Source of the DNA: Vitrella brassicaformis CCMP3155
Lineage: Eukaryota > Protista > Chromerida
DNA length: 64,000 nucleotides
Assembly: GCA_001179505.1 (NCBI GenBank)
Contig: CDMY01000748.1
Location: forward strand, 216,883 to 280,882
Reading direction: 5' to 3'
Shown: positions 63,101 through 64,000 of the stretch, one piece after another
Position numbering within the stretch: position 1 is the first letter of the stretch
Layout of the letters: each line of letters opens with the position of its first letter
Program-made: the position numbers and the translations under genes
The notes under the pieces: generated by a model
The model's input: the letters and a program-made list of their open reading frames with translations, nothing else
Database searches by the model: none
What the model was told of the DNA's origin: nothing

Positions 63101-63317
63101 CCACATCGGCGGCATCAGCGTCTTGGCGCGAGTTCGCAAATTGTGAGTGCCACCGATGAGCTGGCGGATCGGTGCGGCGTCGATTGAAAGATCTGCGGTG
63201 GCGGAGGATGGGAGAGGGCTTGGCGAATGCCGGCGGTGCCTTGGCTGTGAAGGGAGATCTTGCATCGCTCTCCCATGAATAAATGAGGCCGCATAAGAGC
63301 AGGATGACGCCCCGCAT
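60164..63317 (-). CDS. NDC1: Type II NAD(P)H:quinone oxidoreductase, NDC1/NdbB-like, plastid-type leader, long acidic C-terminal extension
   Basis: RPRICVVGGGFGGLYTALLL...VVLIDEKERFVFLPLLYEL...EVAPLYADLL, YDTLVLATG, second GAGYAGVELA motif, LVVWTAG, IYALGDCA, SAQAALQQADYVGWNVWAA, HLGEMLSFG. The leader is MRGVILLLCGLIYSWESDA...PAF. Confidence 0.88.
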
Positions 63318-63362
63318 CGCGGAGGCGCTAACTTCAGCGACGCAGCAGTGGTTCTGAGACTT

Positions 63363-63369
63363 GCGAGCT
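63363..63369 (-). promoter_or_regulatory. AGCTCGC candidate promoter element
   Basis: Between NDC1 (ATG 63317,-) and the BTB gene (ATG 63525,+). Confidence 0.5.
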
Positions 63370-63524
63370 TTGAGCTTGCAGTTTGAGTTGTGTGTTGCTG
63401 TTTGAGGCTTCGCAGGGCGAAGCAGAGCGCGGCATCTGTCGAAATCGACCAATGCAGCGCACATCCACTCATCCCATCTGCTCGCTGCATTCCCATCTCT
63501 CACCATAGGAGCACCGCATCAGCC

Positions 63525-64000
63525 ATGAAGGCATCGGCGTCGAGCAGCAAAGCCACGGCAGACGGCATCCACAGGCCAACGGAGAGGATGAGCGGCCGGC
63601 CGATGCTGCTCAACGTGGGCGGCTTCGTCATGGCTTTCCCTCGGGATGTGCTGCTGTGCGAAGGGCTGCGGGACACCTGCCTGGCGGTGCTGCTGAACCG
63701 CTTCGACAGCTGGATGATCACAGACGACAATCGCATTCACTTCATTGACGCAGACCCCTTCTACTTCATCTGGTGAGGGGGAGGGAGGGAAGCAACATGA
63801 CAGGCAGCAGCACTCGCTGTGTGTGTGTTCAGGTTGGCTGAGAAGCTGCGCTGCCTTAGCTGCAGCCGCATCGACGTGAGTGAGATCATCGAGGGCTGCC
63901 CCGCACTGGCCTTCTACCACAACCGCTTCTTCGCCAAGACGGCCGTCACCATCGAGCCGCAACACGGTGACCACGACAGCGAGGCGTTCCGTGGCTTCAT
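63525..64000 (+). CDS. 5' end of a BTB/POZ-domain protein (runs off the window)
   Basis: Exon 63525-63772 MKAS...MLLNVGG...DTCLAVLLNRFDSWMITDDNRIHFIDADPFYFIW, then an exon from 63833 (LAEKLRCL...). Confidence 0.8.

Overview
Gene-dense, intron-rich eukaryotic DNA with short GT-AG introns full of (GT)n/(CA)n/(GTCT)n microsatellites. Four 300-N placeholder gaps lie at 34680-34979, 36354-36653, 52447-52746 and 58521-58820. Intron style, a RAP-domain gene and a bipartite plastid-type leader suggest a chromerid alveolate such as Vitrella (inference, not verified). About 20 spliced genes can be traced by hand. They include three BTB/coiled-coil/FKBP-like paralogs plus the start of a fourth BTB gene, a SURNod19-like protein, an F-box/LRR-like family gene broken by a 94-bp duplication, and two RING proteins. 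Also present are mTERF-like, RAP, EHD, RPS15A, EamA and NDC1-type genes, and a duplicated secreted protein with a DUF1036-like domain. The most unusual structure is at 1-3181: seven tandem FKBP-like exon cassettes in which the in-frame TGA stop sits inside the GTGAG splice donor. These cassettes are paralogous to the terminal exons of the neighbouring BTB genes. Nine head-to-head gene pairs, each with a short intergenic gap, all carry the heptamer AGCTCGC between the start codons. All exon boundaries and domain calls were read by eye without database searches.
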